Counted from the whole stretch's first letter, positions 11,127-23,203 are shown. The stretch: 63,665 nt of DNA, filler included, from 5 parts of 5 records of this genome joined end to end with filler, not necessarily neighbours in it, one strand, 5' to 3'. Notes: generated from the letters alone by a model not told the origin. Made by a program: numbers and translations.

Positions 11127-11501
11127 GTACGTTTCAATCTTTCGCCCGCGCGGTGGTGTACAAGGGCGCCAGGGTTATGCAAAAGGCCTGTAAAGGTGGA
11201 CACAGCCTGTCTGCATCTCTGTGGAAGTAGCTGTACAGACTGTACCTTTGTAGTAACGGATACCTTGTATACAATAGGCACGTGGTACGCGCGAAGGACT
11301 TGTGCTTGTCGCGGTCGTGCTGGCGCTCTGTTCTGTGGCCAAGGGGTTTCGGGGTTAGGAACGAAGCTGCTACGCGATGCTTCGTTTGTTGCAGCTTGCA
11401 GCGTTGCTAGTAGTGCGACAGTGATTCTTTACAATGTTACAAATTTGTACGAGGATGCTACGCGGGCGCTTCGCGGGCGCTGTGGTTTGCCGCAAGTTTG
11501 C

Positions 11502-11601
11502 NNNNNNNNNNNNNNNNNNNNNNNNNNNNNNNNNNNNNNNNNNNNTTAATTAATTAANNNNNNNNNNNNNNNNNNNNNNNNNNNNNNNNNNNNNNNNNNN
11601 N
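11502..11601. other. Artificial contig spacer (N44-TTAATTAATTAA-N44)
   Basis: Six-frame stop linker at 11546-11557 flanked by Ns; gene style switches from eukaryotic to bacterial. Confidence 0.98.
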
Positions 11602-12159
11602 GGCGGTGGTGGGCTCGTCGGCGATCAGCAGGGCCGGGTCGTTGGCCAGCGCCATGGCGATCATCACCCGCTGACGCTGGCCGCCGCTGAGCTGATGCGG
11701 GTAGCGCTGCAGCATGTCCTCGGTGGCGGGCAGCTCCACCTGTTCCAGCAGATTCAGGCAACGCTGCCGGATGGCGGCGCGTCCCAGGCCCTGATGAATG
11801 CGCATCGCCTCGCCGATCTGCCGCTCCACGCGGTGCAGCGGGTTGAGCGCGGTGAGCGGCTCCTGAAAGATGGTGCCGATACGGCCGCCGCGCAGCGCCC
11901 GGCGGCGATCGGCGGGCCAGTCCAGGATGTTGTCGCCGTCCAGCTCGATGGCGGCGGCACGGCGCCCGGCGCCGCCCGGCAGTAAGTCCAGCACTGACAT
12001 GGCGGTGAGCGACTTGCCGGAACCGGATTCGCCCACCAGGGCCAGGGTGCGCCCGGCGTCCACGCTCAGGCTTACTCGGTCCACCGCCGGCCGGGCCGGG
12101 TCGTCGAACCAGACGCTCAGGTCGTCCAGGCGCAGCAGATGTCTAGGCAGCGGCGTCAT
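11602..12159 (-). CDS. yejF: ABC transporter ATP-binding subunit (YejF/oligopeptide type), 3' truncated
   Basis: Walker A GESGSGKS, signature LSGGQRQRV, Walker B LLIADEPTTA; lies downstream of yejE. Confidence 0.85.
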
Positions 12160-13180
12160 TGTATTTCCTCGGATCGAAAGCGTCGCGTACCGCCTCGCCG
12201 GCGAACACCAGCAGCGAGAGCATCACCGCCAGGGTGACGAAGGCGCTCAAGCCCAGCCAGGGGGCGTGCAGGTTGGCCTTGCCCTGACCCAGCAGCTCCC
12301 CCAGCGACGGCGAGCCCGGCGGCAGGCCGAAGCCGATGAAGTCCAGCGAGGTGAGCAGGATCACCGACGCGTTGAGCACGAACGGCAGGTAGGTGAGGGT
12401 GGCCACCATGGCGTTGGGCAGCATGTGCCGGAACAGAATCACCGGGGTGCGCACCCCCATGGCCTGGGCGGCGCGCACGTACTCCAGGTTGCGGCAGCGC
12501 AGGAATTCGGCGCGCACCAGATCCACCAGGGTCATCCACGAGAACAGCAGCATGATCGCCAGCAGAACCCAGAATCCGGGCACCACGAAACTGGAGATCA
12601 CGATGATCAGGTAGAGAATCGGCATGCTCGACCAGATTTCCACGAAGCGCTGGCCGCCCAGGTCCAGCCAGCCGCCGTAGTAACCCTGCACCGCGCCCAC
12701 CACGATGCCGATCAGGCTGGACGTGACGGTCAGGATCAGGCCGAACAGCACCGACAGGCGGAAGCCGTAAATCAGGCGGGCCAGCACGTCGCGGCCCTGG
12801 TCGTCGGTGCCCAGCCAGTTTTCCGCCGAGGGGGGCGCCGGCGCCGGCACGGTGAGCTCGTAGTTGATGGTGTCGTGGCTGTAGCGGATCGGCGGCCACA
12901 GCATCCAGCCGTCGTCCTCGATCAGTTCCGCCACATAGGGGTCGCGGTAGTTGGCTTCGGTTTCGAACAGGCCGCCGAAGGTGGTTTCTGGGTAGGTCTT
13001 GAACACCGGGAAATAGAGGTCGCCCTGGTACTGCACCATGATCGGCCTGTCGTTGGCGACGAATTCCGCCCCCAGGCTGACCACGAACAGCACCAGGAAC
13101 AGGCCCAGCGACCAGAAGCCGCGGCGGTTGCGACGGAAGGCGCGCCACTGGCGCCGCCAGATCGGATTGCCGCTGCCCAT
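12143..13180 (-). CDS. yejE: Peptide/microcin C ABC transporter permease
   Basis: RRNRRGFWSL, NWLGTDDQGRDVLARLIYGFR, EYVRAAQAMG loop, GEAVRDAFDPRK; overlaps neighbours in an operon. Confidence 0.9.
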   Translation of the reverse strand: MGSGNPIWRRQWRAFRRNRRGFWSLGLFLVLFVVSLGAEFVANDRPIMVQYQGDLYFPVFKTYPETTFGGLFETEANYRDPYVAELIEDDGWMLWPPIRYSHDTINYELTVPAPAPPSAENWLGTDDQGRDVLARLIYGFRLSVLFGLILTVTSSLIGIVVGAVQGYYGGWLDLGGQRFVEIWSSMPILYLIIVISSFVVPGFWVLLAIMLLFSWMTLVDLVRAEFLRCRNLEYVRAAQAMGVRTPVILFRHMLPNAMVATLTYLPFVLNASVILLTSLDFIGFGLPPGSPSLGELLGQGKANLHAPWLGLSAFVTLAVMLSLLVFAGEAVRDAFDPRKYNDAAA

Positions 13181-14262
13181 CAGCGTGCCCTCCGCTCAAA
13201 GTCGATACGCGGGTCCACCCACATATAGGTCAGGTCCGAAATCAGCTTCAGCAGCATGCCGATCAGGGTGAAGATGAACAGGGTGCCGAACACCACCGGG
13301 TAATCCCGGTTGATCACCGATTCGAAGCCGAGCAGCCCCAGCCCGTCCAGCGAGAAGATGTACTCGATCAGCAGCACGCCGGTGAAGAACATGCCGACGA
13401 AGGCGGCCGGGAAGCCGGCGATGATGATCAGCATGGCGTTACGGAACACATGGCCGTAGAGCACGCCGTTTTCGTCCAGCCCCTTGGCGCGGGCGGTCTG
13501 CACGTATTGCTTGCTGATCTCGTCAAGAAAGGAGTTCTTGGTGAGCATGGTGAGGGTGGCGAAGTTGCCGATCACGATGGCCAGGGTAGGCAGCGTGATG
13601 TGGTGCAGGTAATCCAGCGCCTGGCGCCACCAGGGCAGTTGATCGAAATTGTCCGAAGTCAGCCCGCGCAACGGAAACCACTCCCAGTAGGAGCCGCCGG
13701 CGAACAGCACCACCAGCAGAATGGCGATCAGAAAGCTGGGGATCGCATAGCCGACGATGATCGCGGTGCTGCTCCACACGTCGAAGCGGCTGCCGTCCCG
13801 CACCGCCTTTTTGATGCCCAGCGGCACCGCCACCAGATAGGTGATCAGCGTGCTCCACAGCCCCAGGGAGATGGACACCGGCAGGCGCTCGGCGATCAGG
13901 GTGCTGACGTCCTTGTCGCGGTAGTAGGATTCGCCGAAATCGAAGGTCAGATAGCGTTTGATCATCAGCCAGAAACGTTCCGGCGCCGGCTTGTCGAAGC
14001 CGTAGAGCTTTTCGATACGCTCGAGCAGCTCCGGCGGCATCCCCCGGGAGCCCCGGTAGTCGCCGCCGCCGCTGTTGACCAGATCCTGGGTGGTGCCGGC
14101 GAAACCGCCGCCGGCGCCGCCTCCGCCGATGCCCTGCAGCTGGGCGATGGCTTTCTCCACCGGGCCGCCGGGGGCCGCCTGCACGATCACGAAGTTAAGC
14201 AGCAGAATGCCCAGCAGGGTGGGCACGATCAGCAGCAGGCGCTTGAGAATATAGATCAGCAT
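13180..14262 (-). CDS. yejB: Peptide/microcin C ABC transporter permease
   Basis: [13 protein letters not shown]...[47 protein letters not shown]. Confidence 0.92.
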   Translation of the reverse strand: MLIYILKRLLLIVPTLLGILLLNFVIVQAAPGGPVEKAIAQLQGIGGGGAGGGFAGTTQDLVNSGGGDYRGSRGMPPELLERIEKLYGFDKPAPERFWLMIKRYLTFDFGESYYRDKDVSTLIAERLPVSISLGLWSTLITYLVAVPLGIKKAVRDGSRFDVWSSTAIIVGYAIPSFLIAILLVVLFAGGSYWEWFPLRGLTSDNFDQLPWWRQALDYLHHITLPTLAIVIGNFATLTMLTKNSFLDEISKQYVQTARAKGLDENGVLYGHVFRNAMLIIIAGFPAAFVGMFFTGVLLIEYIFSLDGLGLLGFESVINRDYPVVFGTLFIFTLIGMLLKLISDLTYMWVDPRIDFERRAR

Positions 14263-16070
14263 TATTGCGCGCTTTTATCCCACCAGAGTTCGGTGGCGCC
14301 GTCGAAGCCCACATAGGGCGGCAGCGGCGGATGGGCGAGCCGTGACTGATAGGCGAAGCGGTGGTAATCCAGATACCAGTTGGGCACCACGTAGAAGCCC
14401 CACTGCAGCGCCCGGTCCAGGGCGCGGGTGCGGGTAACCAACTGCTCCCGGGTGTTGGCGGCGATCACCTTGCTGACCAGCTCATCGATGGCCGGATTGC
14501 TGACGCCGGCGTAGTTCTGGCTGCTTTCCCGCTCGGCGGCGGCGGAGCCCCAGTAGCCGCGCTGCTCATTGCCGGGGGAGGGCGACTGGCCCCAGCCGCC
14601 GACCATCATGTCGAAATTGAAATTACGCACCCGCTGCACGTACTGCGACTGGTCCACGCGCACCACGTCCGCGTCGATACCCAGGGTCTTCAGGTTGCGC
14701 GCGTAGGGCAGCACGATGCGCTCGAAGGCCGGCTGGTAGAGCAGGAATTCAAAGCTCACCGGCTCGCCGTCCGGGGTGTGCAGCTTGCCGTCCTTGACCT
14801 GGTAGCCGGCGTCCTTGAGCAGGGCCTGGGCCTGGCGCAGATTGTCGCGGGGGCGGCCGGAGCCGTCCGACACCGGCGGCTGGTAGGCCTCGGTGAACAC
14901 CCGCGGCGGCAGGTCCTCGCGCAGCGGTTTCAGCAGTGCCAGCTCTTTCTCGTCGGGCAGGCCGGTGGCGGCCAGCTCGGAATTCTGGAAGTAGCTGCGG
15001 GTCCGCTTGTACTGACCGTAGAACAGATTCTTGTTGGACCACTCAAAATCAAAGGCGTAGGTCATCGCCTCGCGCAGCACCGGGTCCTGGAACAGCGGGC
15101 GGCGGGTATTGAAAATAAAGCCCTGCATGCCGGCCGGGTTCTGGTGGGTCACCTCTTCGGTGATGATCTCGCCGTCGCGGAACGCCTCGCCGGTGTAGGC
15201 GGTGGCCCAGTACTTGGAATTGTTCTCCGAGCGCCAGTCGTAGTCGCCGCGCTTGAACGCTTCCAGCGCCACGGTCTGGTCCAGATAGTATTCGTAGATG
15301 ATGCGGCCGAAATTATGGTGCCCCCGGTTCACCGGCAGGTCCTTGGCCCAGTAGTCGTCGCGGCGCTGGTAGACGACCCGCTTGCCGGCCTTGAAGCTGT
15401 CCACCTTATAGGGCCCGGAACCGGGCGGCGGCACCAGATTGGCGTCGTCGAAGGGTTTGTCGTCCCAGTAATGCTTGGGCATCACCGGCAGCTGGCCGAC
15501 GATCATCACCAGCTCGCGGTTGTCGCCGGCCTTGAAGCTGAATTTCACCTCGCGCTCGGACAGCGCCTCGACCTTTTCCACGTCACCGTAATAGTAGGCG
15601 TAGAAGGGCGCGCCTTTGTCGCGCAGCTGCTTGAAGCTCCACACCACGTCCTCGGCGCGCACCGGATGCCCGTCGGCGAAGCGGGCCTGCTCGCGCAGGG
15701 TGAAGGTGACCCAGCTGCGGTCCTCGGGCCATTCCATGGATTCGGCCAGCAACCCGTATTCGGTGAAGGGTTCGTCCTTACTGCGCACCGTCAGGGTGTC
15801 GAACACCAGCCCCTGGGAGCCGGCCGCCGCCTGGCCCTTGGGCAGCCACGGCTGAAAATTATCGAAGCCGCCCACCACGTGCAGGCTCAGGCTGCCGCCC
15901 TTGGGGGCGTCCGGCCGGACATAGTCGAAGTGCTTGAAGCCGGCGGGGTATTTGGGGTCGCCGTGCATGGTGATGGCGTGGGAGCGCTGGGTCTCCGCCA
16001 GCGCCGGGCCGCTAAACAGGGCGGCAACAAAGAACAAACAGCACACTAAGCAACGCATCGCGCCTTTCAT
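14262..16070 (-). CDS. yejA: ABC transporter extracellular solute-binding protein, family 5 (YejA-like)
   Basis: Signal peptide [25 protein letters not shown] then [59 protein letters not shown]. Start taken at ATG 16070 rather than the longest ORF start. Confidence 0.88.
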   Translation of the reverse strand: MKGAMRCLVCCLFFVAALFSGPALAETQRSHAITMHGDPKYPAGFKHFDYVRPDAPKGGSLSLHVVGGFDNFQPWLPKGQAAAGSQGLVFDTLTVRSKDEPFTEYGLLAESMEWPEDRSWVTFTLREQARFADGHPVRAEDVVWSFKQLRDKGAPFYAYYYGDVEKVEALSEREVKFSFKAGDNRELVMIVGQLPVMPKHYWDDKPFDDANLVPPPGSGPYKVDSFKAGKRVVYQRRDDYWAKDLPVNRGHHNFGRIIYEYYLDQTVALEAFKRGDYDWRSENNSKYWATAYTGEAFRDGEIITEEVTHQNPAGMQGFIFNTRRPLFQDPVLREAMTYAFDFEWSNKNLFYGQYKRTRSYFQNSELAATGLPDEKELALLKPLREDLPPRVFTEAYQPPVSDGSGRPRDNLRQAQALLKDAGYQVKDGKLHTPDGEPVSFEFLLYQPAFERIVLPYARNLKTLGIDADVVRVDQSQYVQRVRNFNFDMMVGGWGQSPSPGNEQRGYWGSAAAERESSQNYAGVSNPAIDELVSKVIAANTREQLVTRTRALDRALQWGFYVVPNWYLDYHRFAYQSRLAHPPLPPYVGFDGATELWWDKSAQ

Positions 16071-16208
16071 CGTTATTGTGGACTCCTTGGTGGGGTCTTT
16101 GGCGTCACCATAGCCCAGGCGATGGGGATCGCCAAATGGCACTGCTTACTGTGACCCGCGCTCGCCGGCCGGGTTCACCGGCGAAGCGGGCCGTCGCGCC
16201 TGATCCGC

Positions 16209-17807
16209 TTAAGGCGCGTTGCGCACATCCACATACAGCGTCAGATTGTCGCCGGGTTGCAGATAGCGGCTTTTCTCCAGGCGGTCATTCCAGTCGCGAA
16301 TCTGATTCACCGACACGTTAAAGCGGTTGGCGATAGCGTGCAGTGAATCCCCGCGACGCACGGAGTAGCGCACCTTGCGAATCATTTCCTCGCGCTCCTC
16401 GGCGCGCACCGTGGCCGCCGGGCCGTCCTCGCGCCACACCGCCAGGGTCTGGCCCACGCGCAGCGGGTCGCCGGGGGCCATATTGTTCCATTTCGCCAGC
16501 GCCTGCACGCTGACGTCGTTCTCCCGCGCGATCTGCCACAGCGTGTCCCCGGCCGCGACCCGGTGATCCACGCGCTGGCGCTTGCCGCGCTGCCGGCCCT
16601 GGTTGTCCGCCAGCCGCTGGTCGGCGCTCAGTTTGTACTGATCCTGGGAGGGTTCCGGAATCAACAGGGTGCGGCCGGCGATGATGGTGTTGCCGGACAA
16701 ATCGTTGATGTCGCGGAGCACCGCTGGGGTGGTGCGGTGGGCGCGGGCAATGCGGCTCAGCGAATCGCCGCTGCGAATGGTGTAGCGGTGCCAGCGCATG
16801 CGTTCTTCCTGCGGCAGGTCCGCCACCCGCTCGCGGAAGGCGTCGGCGCTGCCCACCGGCACCAGCAGGGTGTGCGGGCCTTCCGGGGCGGTCGCCCAGC
16901 GGTTGAACGCCGGATTCAGCAGGTAGAGCTCTTCGGTGGAGATCTCCGCCAGGCTGGCGGCCTGGGCCAGGTCGATCTGGCCGCCCACGTCCACCTCCTC
17001 GAAGTAGGGCTGGTCGGCCATCGGGTGCAGGGTGACGCCGTAGCGCCGCGGGTCGCGGACGATCTCCGCCACCGCCAGCAGCTTGGGCACATAGGCGGTG
17101 GTTTCGCGGGGCAGGTCCAGGTGCCAGAAATCGGTGGGGCGGCCGGCTTCCTCGTTGCGGCGCCGGGCCCGGGAGACGGTGCCGCCGCCGGCGTTGTAGG
17201 ACGCCAGGGCCAGCAGCCAGTCGCCGTCGAAGCGCTCGGAAAGCTGCTGCAGGTAGTCCAGGGCGGCGCGGGTGGAAAGAGTGATGTCGCGGCGGCCGTC
17301 GTACCACCAGGTCTGGTCGAGCCCGAAATACTTGCCGGTGGACGGAATGAACTGCCAGGGGCCGGCGGCGCGGCCGTGGGAGTAGGCGAACGGGTCGAAG
17401 GCGCTTTCCACCACCGGCAGCATCACCAGCTCCAGCGGCATGTCGCGGCGCTCCGCTTCCTCGACGATAAAGTGCAGATAGCGCTCGGCGCGCTCCGTGA
17501 CGCGGGTGAAATAGCTCGGGTGGCGGGCGTACCACTTGCGCTGCAGGCGCACGCGCTCCCGGTCCTGATGCAGGTCCAGCGCATAGCCGTCGCGAATCCG
17601 CGCCCACAGATCCTGCTGCGTGCTCTCTTCCTGGTCGGCGTCGGGCTCAACCGGTTCCGGTTCCGGCATGCCGTTGGCGAGCCCCGGGTCTTTGACGGAG
17701 GGCTCCGCCGGCGGCATGGGAGGCAGGTCGTCCACCTCGGGTTTCGTGGCACAAGCGCCTACCATCAGCGCGAGCCCCAGGGCTGCACAACCAAGAAGTT
17801 TATTCAT
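16209..17807 (-). CDS. mltD: Membrane-bound lytic murein transglycosylase D (SLT domain + 3 LysM), lipoprotein
   Basis: Lipobox LMVGAC; SLT motifs LPVVESAFDP, AAGPWQFIPSTG, ALASYNAGGG, LPRETTAYVPKL; LysM repeats YTIRSGDSLSRIA, HRVAAGDTLWQIA, YSVRRGDSLHAIA. Confidence 0.92.
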   Translation of the reverse strand: MNKLLGCAALGLALMVGACATKPEVDDLPPMPPAEPSVKDPGLANGMPEPEPVEPDADQEESTQQDLWARIRDGYALDLHQDRERVRLQRKWYARHPSYFTRVTERAERYLHFIVEEAERRDMPLELVMLPVVESAFDPFAYSHGRAAGPWQFIPSTGKYFGLDQTWWYDGRRDITLSTRAALDYLQQLSERFDGDWLLALASYNAGGGTVSRARRRNEEAGRPTDFWHLDLPRETTAYVPKLLAVAEIVRDPRRYGVTLHPMADQPYFEEVDVGGQIDLAQAASLAEISTEELYLLNPAFNRWATAPEGPHTLLVPVGSADAFRERVADLPQEERMRWHRYTIRSGDSLSRIARAHRTTPAVLRDINDLSGNTIIAGRTLLIPEPSQDQYKLSADQRLADNQGRQRGKRQRVDHRVAAGDTLWQIARENDVSVQALAKWNNMAPGDPLRVGQTLAVWREDGPAATVRAEEREEMIRKVRYSVRRGDSLHAIANRFNVSVNQIRDWNDRLEKSRYLQPGDNLTLYVDVRNAP

Positions 17808-17892
17808 AACAATAATATACGATTCGAATTTTAAGTTGATTCTAGGCAGGGGCGGCGATCCCGGCAAGGAGAAATCGCCGCCGGACCGCGCT

Positions 17893-18666
17893 TCAGGCGG
17901 AGTCCTTCCAGCGGCGCAGGGCCGCGAAACTGTCCACGTTGGTTTCCGGCGCTTCCCCGAAACGGGCTTCGCAGGCCTGGCGCAGTTGCGGGTCCGCCGC
18001 GCGCAGAAACGGGTTGGTGCGCTTCTCCTCGCCGATGGTGGAGGGCACCGTGATGCGGTCCTGCTCGCGCAGGGCGCTGACCCGGGCGAGCCGGTCGCTT
18101 ACCGCCGGGTCCTCGGGGGATACGGTCGCCGCGAAGCGCAGGTTGGCCAGGGTGTACTCATGGGCGCAGAACACCTGGGTGTCCTCGGGCAGGCCGGCCA
18201 GCCGCGTCAGGGAGTGGTGCATCTGCTCCGGGGTGCCTTCGAACAGCCGCCCGCAGCCGCCGGCGAACAGGGTGTCGCCGCAGAACAGCCAGCCCTGGCG
18301 GGGGGCGTAGAAAGCAATGTGCCCCAGGGTGTGGCCGGGCACTTCCATTACGTCCAGTTCCAGGTCCGGCGTGGCCAGACGAACGCGGTCGCCGTCGCCC
18401 AGCGGGTGGTCCATTTCCGGAATGGTTTCCCGGGCCGGGCCGTACACCGGAATATCCCGATCCCGGCACAGGGCGGAAACCCCGCCCACGTGATCCGGGT
18501 GGTGATGGGTAATCAGCAGCGCGCTCAGGGTCAGGCCCTGGTCGCTCAGCCAGGCCTCCACCGGGGCGGCGTCGCCCGGGTCCACGATCACGCATTGATC
18601 GCCGTCGCGAATCGCCCAAATGTAGTTGTCATTGAAGGCCGGGATGGCCGTAGGGGCTTGCAGCAT
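17893..18666 (-). CDS. gloB: Hydroxyacylglutathione hydrolase (glyoxalase II)
   Basis: IPAFNDNYIW, THHHPDHVGG metallo-beta-lactamase motif, PGHTLGH, FCGDTLF, CAHEYT, EKRTNPFLR. Confidence 0.96.
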   Translation of the reverse strand: MLQAPTAIPAFNDNYIWAIRDGDQCVIVDPGDAAPVEAWLSDQGLTLSALLITHHHPDHVGGVSALCRDRDIPVYGPARETIPEMDHPLGDGDRVRLATPDLELDVMEVPGHTLGHIAFYAPRQGWLFCGDTLFAGGCGRLFEGTPEQMHHSLTRLAGLPEDTQVFCAHEYTLANLRFAATVSPEDPAVSDRLARVSALREQDRITVPSTIGEEKRTNPFLRAADPQLRQACEARFGEAPETNVDSFAALRRWKDSA

Positions 18667-18722
18667 GACGTGTTACCCTTCGCTTGAATGCTTGGATGTA
18701 ACCCTACAGTTCCAAGGGAGAA

Positions 18723-19538
18723 ATGTCAGCGATGCAGTTACCCCCGCTGTCGAGATCACCGTTCCGCCGCCAGCCGGCGGACATGCTGGAACGGTTCAAT
18801 GAGTGGCAGGACACCCAGGCCGGCCAGGCGGTGCTGGAGGCGGAACGCGCCATCGTCGCCGAATGGACCCCCCGGCTGGTGGGCCAGCGCGCGGTGGAAG
18901 TCAGCGGCGGCCGTTGCCAGGACATGCTGCGCGACATCCGTCTGCCGTGGCGCTGTTCGGTGACACCGATGCCGGTGGAAGGCGGGCGCCAGGCCACCAG
19001 CCGGGTGGCCCTGGAAGCCTGCCCGCAGTCGCTGCCGATCGCCAAGAACAGCGTCGACGTGGTGCTGCTGCACCATTGTCTGGAATTCCACGACGCCCCC
19101 CACCAGGTGCTGCGCGAGGCGGCCCGCTGCGTGGCCCCGGGCGGCGTGCTCGCGGTGGTCGGCTTCCACCCCCTGAGCATCATGGGGCTGGCGCGCTGGT
19201 TCCGGCGCGGCGGCCAGCGGCCCGGCTGGAACGGCCGCTATTTCCGTCCTTACCGGGTCAGCGACTGGCTGAACGTACTGGGTTTTGAAGTGGAGGGCGT
19301 GGCCAGCGGGTTCTACAATCTGCCCGTCGGCGACCGGGGCCGCGCCCGTTTGCGCTGGCTGGACTGGCTGGGGCGGCGCTTCTGGTGGCGCAACGGCGGC
19401 GTGTATCTGCTGGTGGCCCGCAAACGCGCCGCCATGATGCGTCCCTTGCCGGCGACCGCCGGCTTCAGCCGCCAGCAGGGCCCCACGGTGGTATCGGTGC
19501 CGGTGGCGCGCTGGCGACAACAACGAAATACGGAGTAA
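18723..19538 (+). CDS. Class I SAM-dependent methyltransferase-like protein (YafS-like)
   Basis: LPIAKNSVDVVLLHHCLEF...PHQVLREAARCVAPGG...GFHPLS, RVSDWLNVLGFE; conserved position between gloB and rnhA. Start uncertain. Confidence 0.85.
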   Translation: MSAMQLPPLSRSPFRRQPADMLERFNEWQDTQAGQAVLEAERAIVAEWTPRLVGQRAVEVSGGRCQDMLRDIRLPWRCSVTPMPVEGGRQATSRVALEACPQSLPIAKNSVDVVLLHHCLEFHDAPHQVLREAARCVAPGGVLAVVGFHPLSIMGLARWFRRGGQRPGWNGRYFRPYRVSDWLNVLGFEVEGVASGFYNLPVGDRGRARLRWLDWLGRRFWWRNGGVYLLVARKRAAMMRPLPATAGFSRQQGPTVVSVPVARWRQQRNTE

Positions 19539-19544
19539 CGGCTT

Positions 19545-19988
19545 TTGAAGCAGGTGGATATTTTTACCGACGGCGCCTGCCGTGGTAACCCGGGCCCCGG
19601 GGGATGGGGCGCGATCTTGCGTTACGGCGACAAGGAAAAGGAACTGTTCGGCGGCGAGCCCCATACCACCAACAACCGCATGGAGCTGATGGCCGCGATC
19701 CAGGCCCTGGAAGCGCTCAAGGACCCCTGCGAGGTCAATCTGACCACCGACTCCCAGTATGTCCGCAAGGGCATTACCGAGTGGCTGGCCAACTGGAAAA
19801 AGCGCAACTGGCAAACCGCCGCCAAGAAGCCGGTGGTCAACAAGGACCTCTGGCAGCGCCTGGAGACCGCCGCCGAACGGCACCGGGTCAAATGGCACTG
19901 GGTGCGCGGCCACAGCGGCCACAGCGAGAATGAGCGCGCCGACCGGCTCGCCAACCGGGGTATCGACGAAGCGGAGATCGGCGCATGA
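19545..19988 (+). CDS. rnhA: Ribonuclease HI
   Basis: [56 protein letters not shown] start. Confidence 0.97.
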   Translation: MKQVDIFTDGACRGNPGPGGWGAILRYGDKEKELFGGEPHTTNNRMELMAAIQALEALKDPCEVNLTTDSQYVRKGITEWLANWKKRNWQTAAKKPVVNKDLWQRLETAAERHRVKWHWVRGHSGHSENERADRLANRGIDEAEIGA

Positions 19989-20704
19989 GACAGATCGTTC
20001 TGGATACCGAGACCACCGGCCTGGACCCGCTGTCCGGGCACCGGATCATCGAAATCGGCTGCGTGGAGCTGCGCAACCGGCGGCTCACCGGCAATAACCT
20101 GCATCTGTACATCAACCCGGAGCGGGATATCGATGAGGGCGCCCTGGAGGTGCACGGCATTACCCGGGAGTTCCTCGCCGACAAACCCACCTTCGAGCAG
20201 ATCGCCGAAGAGTTCATGACCTTCGTGGACGGCGCCGAGCTGGTGATTCACAACGCGCCGTTCGACGTCGGGTTCCTCGACCACGAATTGCGGCGCCTGG
20301 GCGGCAAATGGGGCGCCGTCGCCGAACGCTGCCGGATTCTGGATACCCTGAAAATGGCCCGGGATCTGCACCCGGGCCAGAAGAACAGCCTGGACGCCCT
20401 GTGCCGCCGTTACGATGTGGAGAACGCCCACCGGGAGCTGCACGGCGCGCTGCTGGACGCGGAGATTCTCGCCGACGTCTACCTGGCGATGACCGGCGGC
20501 CAGACCAAGCTGTCCCTGGGCGGCGCGGACGCCGGCGAGCAGGGCAGCGAGCAGGCCGAAGCGATTCGCCGCCTGGCGGCGGACCGGCCGCGTCTGGCGG
20601 TGGTGCGGGCCTCGGACACGGACCTGGAGCGCCACCGCAAGAAGCTGGAAGCGATGGCCGAGAGCCGGGGTCAGATGACCCTGTGGCAGGAACTGGAGCA
20701 GTAA
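19985..20704 (+). CDS. dnaQ: DNA polymerase III epsilon subunit
   Basis: Exo I DTETTG, Exo [11 protein letters not shown], Exo [28 protein letters not shown] overlap with rnhA. Confidence 0.97.
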   Translation: MRQIVLDTETTGLDPLSGHRIIEIGCVELRNRRLTGNNLHLYINPERDIDEGALEVHGITREFLADKPTFEQIAEEFMTFVDGAELVIHNAPFDVGFLDHELRRLGGKWGAVAERCRILDTLKMARDLHPGQKNSLDALCRRYDVENAHRELHGALLDAEILADVYLAMTGGQTKLSLGGADAGEQGSEQAEAIRRLAADRPRLAVVRASDTDLERHRKKLEAMAESRGQMTLWQELEQ

Positions 20705-20729
20705 CCGCCGCCGGCGGCGAGCCGCGCCC

Positions 20730-22156
20730 TTAGTGGGCGGAAGGCTCGGCGTCCATTTTCAGATCGCTGGGCTCGTGGTGGGTGATCCAGCCGTGCTCGT
20801 ACATGTACTCGGTGGCGGGCTCGAGAAGCGTGGCGGTCATGATCAGACCGGTCAGCGTCATGACGATGGTGTAGGGCAGGGCCATGATCACCATGCGGCC
20901 GTAGGAGAGCCGCACCAGCGGCGCCAGGGCGGAGGTGAGCAGGAACAGGAACGCCGCCTGCCCGTTGGGGGTGGCCACCGAAGGAATATTGGTGCCGGTG
21001 TTGATCGCCACCGCCAGCAGATCGAAGGTGTCCCGGTCGATTTCCCCGTTGACCAGTGCCTTGGCCACCTCGTCCACGTACACCGAGGCCACGAACACGT
21101 TGTCCGACACCGCCGACAGCACGCCGTTGGCCATATAGAAGGCGGAGCCCTGGACGCCGCGGTCGAGGCTCAGCACATAGTCGATCACCGGGGTGAACAG
21201 CTGCTGGTCGGCGATCACCGCCACCACCGCGAAGAACACGGTGAGCAGGGCGGCGAACGGCAGCGCCTCCTCGAACGCCTGGCCGAGGCGGTGCTCCTCG
21301 ATGATGCCGCAGAACGCGGTGGCGAGAATAATCACGCTCAGACCCACCAGACCCACGGACGCGGCGTGGGTGGCGAGCCCCACCACCAGCCACAGCGCGA
21401 TGAAGCCCTGCACCACCAGATTGACCTTGTCCCGGGTGGTGCGGCGGTCGTCCTGCTCGCGGGCGTACTGGCGCATGATCCCCTCGACCTTCTCGGGAAT
21501 CTCCTCGCCGTAGCCGAAGCTGCCGCTCCATTCCAGAAACAGGCAGGTGAGCAGGCCCATGGCCAGCACCGGCAGGCTCACCGGCGCCATGCGCAGGAAG
21601 AACTCGCCGAACTCCCACTGCGCCTTGGTGGCGATCAGCAGGTTCTGGGGCTCGCCCACCAGGGTGCAGACGCCGCCCAGGGCGGTGCCCACGGCGGCGT
21701 GCATCAGCAGGCTGCGCAGGAAGGCGCGGAAACGGCGCAGGTCTTCCCGGTGCAGATCCTCCACCGTGGTGTCGTCGCCGTGGTCGTGCTTTTGCTGGAA
21801 GGTCTTGCCCGACGCCACCTTGTGGTAGATGCCGAAGAAGCCGGTGCACACCGCGATCACCACCGCGGTCACGGTCAGCGCGTCCAGGAACGCGGACAGG
21901 AAGGCCGCCGCCAGAGCGAACAGCAGGCTCAGGCGGATCTTCGATTTCACGCCCAGCAGAATGCGGGTAAAGGTATATAGAAGAAGGTCCTTCAGGAAGA
22001 AGATGCCCGCCACCATGAAAATCAACAGCAGCAGCACTTCCAGGTTGCCTTCGACTTTATGCAGGACGGTGTCCGGCGAGGTGAGGCCGATCAGCAGGGC
22101 TTCGATCGCCAGCAGGCCGCCCGGCTGCAGCGGGTAGCACTTCAGCGCCATGGCCA
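20730..22156 (-). CDS. nhaB: Na+/H+ antiporter NhaB, 5' truncated
   Basis: [74 protein letters not shown]. Confidence 0.95.
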
Positions 22157-22256
22157 NNNNNNNNNNNNNNNNNNNNNNNNNNNNNNNNNNNNNNNNNNNN
22201 TTAATTAATTAANNNNNNNNNNNNNNNNNNNNNNNNNNNNNNNNNNNNNNNNNNNN
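22157..22256. other. Artificial contig spacer
   Basis: N44-TTAATTAATTAA-N44, linker at 22201-22212. Confidence 0.98.
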
Positions 22257-22356
22257 AGAAGGCTTTTTGCCTCTGTCTGACCATTTCAAGGGTGACACCT
22301 CGCCTGAGAAACGCCGCGCATGGACTTCCCGCGTTCGCCCCTTTCTTCTTCTACAG

Positions 22357-22470
22357 GAACTACAGCGTCAAATTAAAGAGCGACAGGAGCGTGAAAAACG
22401 CGAAAAAACGGAAATGACGGAAATAGAAGAAAAATTGAACGCTGATCTGCTGGAGAAAGTCCGCGTATGA
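22357..22470 (+). CDS. Probable terminal exon of an unidentified coiled-coil protein
   Basis: Polypyrimidine tract plus CTACAG acceptor ending at 22356, then ELQRQIKERQEREKREKTEMTEIEEKLNADLLEKVRV*; upstream exons lost in the gap. Confidence 0.5.
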   Translation, partial: ELQRQIKERQEREKREKTEMTEIEEKLNADLLEKVRV

Positions 22471-23203
22471 AGGAAGCTGAAGCTGCCGTGGGAGAAGGTT
22501 TCTCTCGGCCTGTTCACGATCAAGACTCCAACGAGGAACAACAGTGGCAATAGCAAGGCTTCTCAGTACCCTCTGAGCGGCTGTTGTGCAACTGGTACCT
22601 AAGTATCTGCTGCGTACAGCTTGGCCTCGGCATGGCGTGAGATAGAGAGGTGAGGTGGTCTTGCCGCCCGCTGTTGAGTGGAAGGTGGCGTTCCCCATCG
22701 ACTCCAGCACGCCCTTTGGGTCTGAGCAACTTGTGCACACCCTTCTCGCATTGCTTTCGACTTATTTATTTCTTCGTGCATCATAGAATGATTGAATCAA
22801 ATGCCGTAAAATACATGCATCATCGTCTACTACTATTCGCGACAGCCACAACGGTGCGACGCAGGCTGTCGCTTTGCTACCAATACAGAGCGGCGGCAGC
22901 TTCGTAGCAGGAAGGTAGGTGGAACACCGTTCCCGCCTAGGAGAACACCTTTGCGAAATAGAATCTCCCTTTTCAATACCCTCTGAACATATATCTTAAG
23001 CTTGTCTTGCGGTATTCCACCAGCAAACGACAGCAGCTGTGCGCCCCCGGTGCTGTGGAAGCTTGGAAACGTCGTGTCCGCGTGCAGCTGCAAACACGCA
23101 AAGAAGCATCGATCCCCCCGCCTCTTCTCGTTTCGACGGGAAGTCAAAAGCTCACGAGTGTCCCACGGCGGGATACGCCTCCGAATGGTATAGTTGTGCG
23201 AAA

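Noticed and set aside
16155-16190. GC hairpin between mltD and yejA
   Set aside because: Imperfect stem with no U-tract on the coding strand; not enough to call a terminator
17893-20704. Metallo-beta-lactamase fold, methyltransferase, RNase H and exonuclease cluster as a possible defence system
   Set aside because: This is the conserved housekeeping mltD-gloB-yafS-rnhA-dnaQ locus of Gammaproteobacteria
11870-21980. Long overlapping antisense ORFs (e.g. 14361-16049 +, 16563-17834 +, 20733-21980 +)
   Set aside because: Expected shadow ORFs from high-GC3 codon usage opposite well-supported genes
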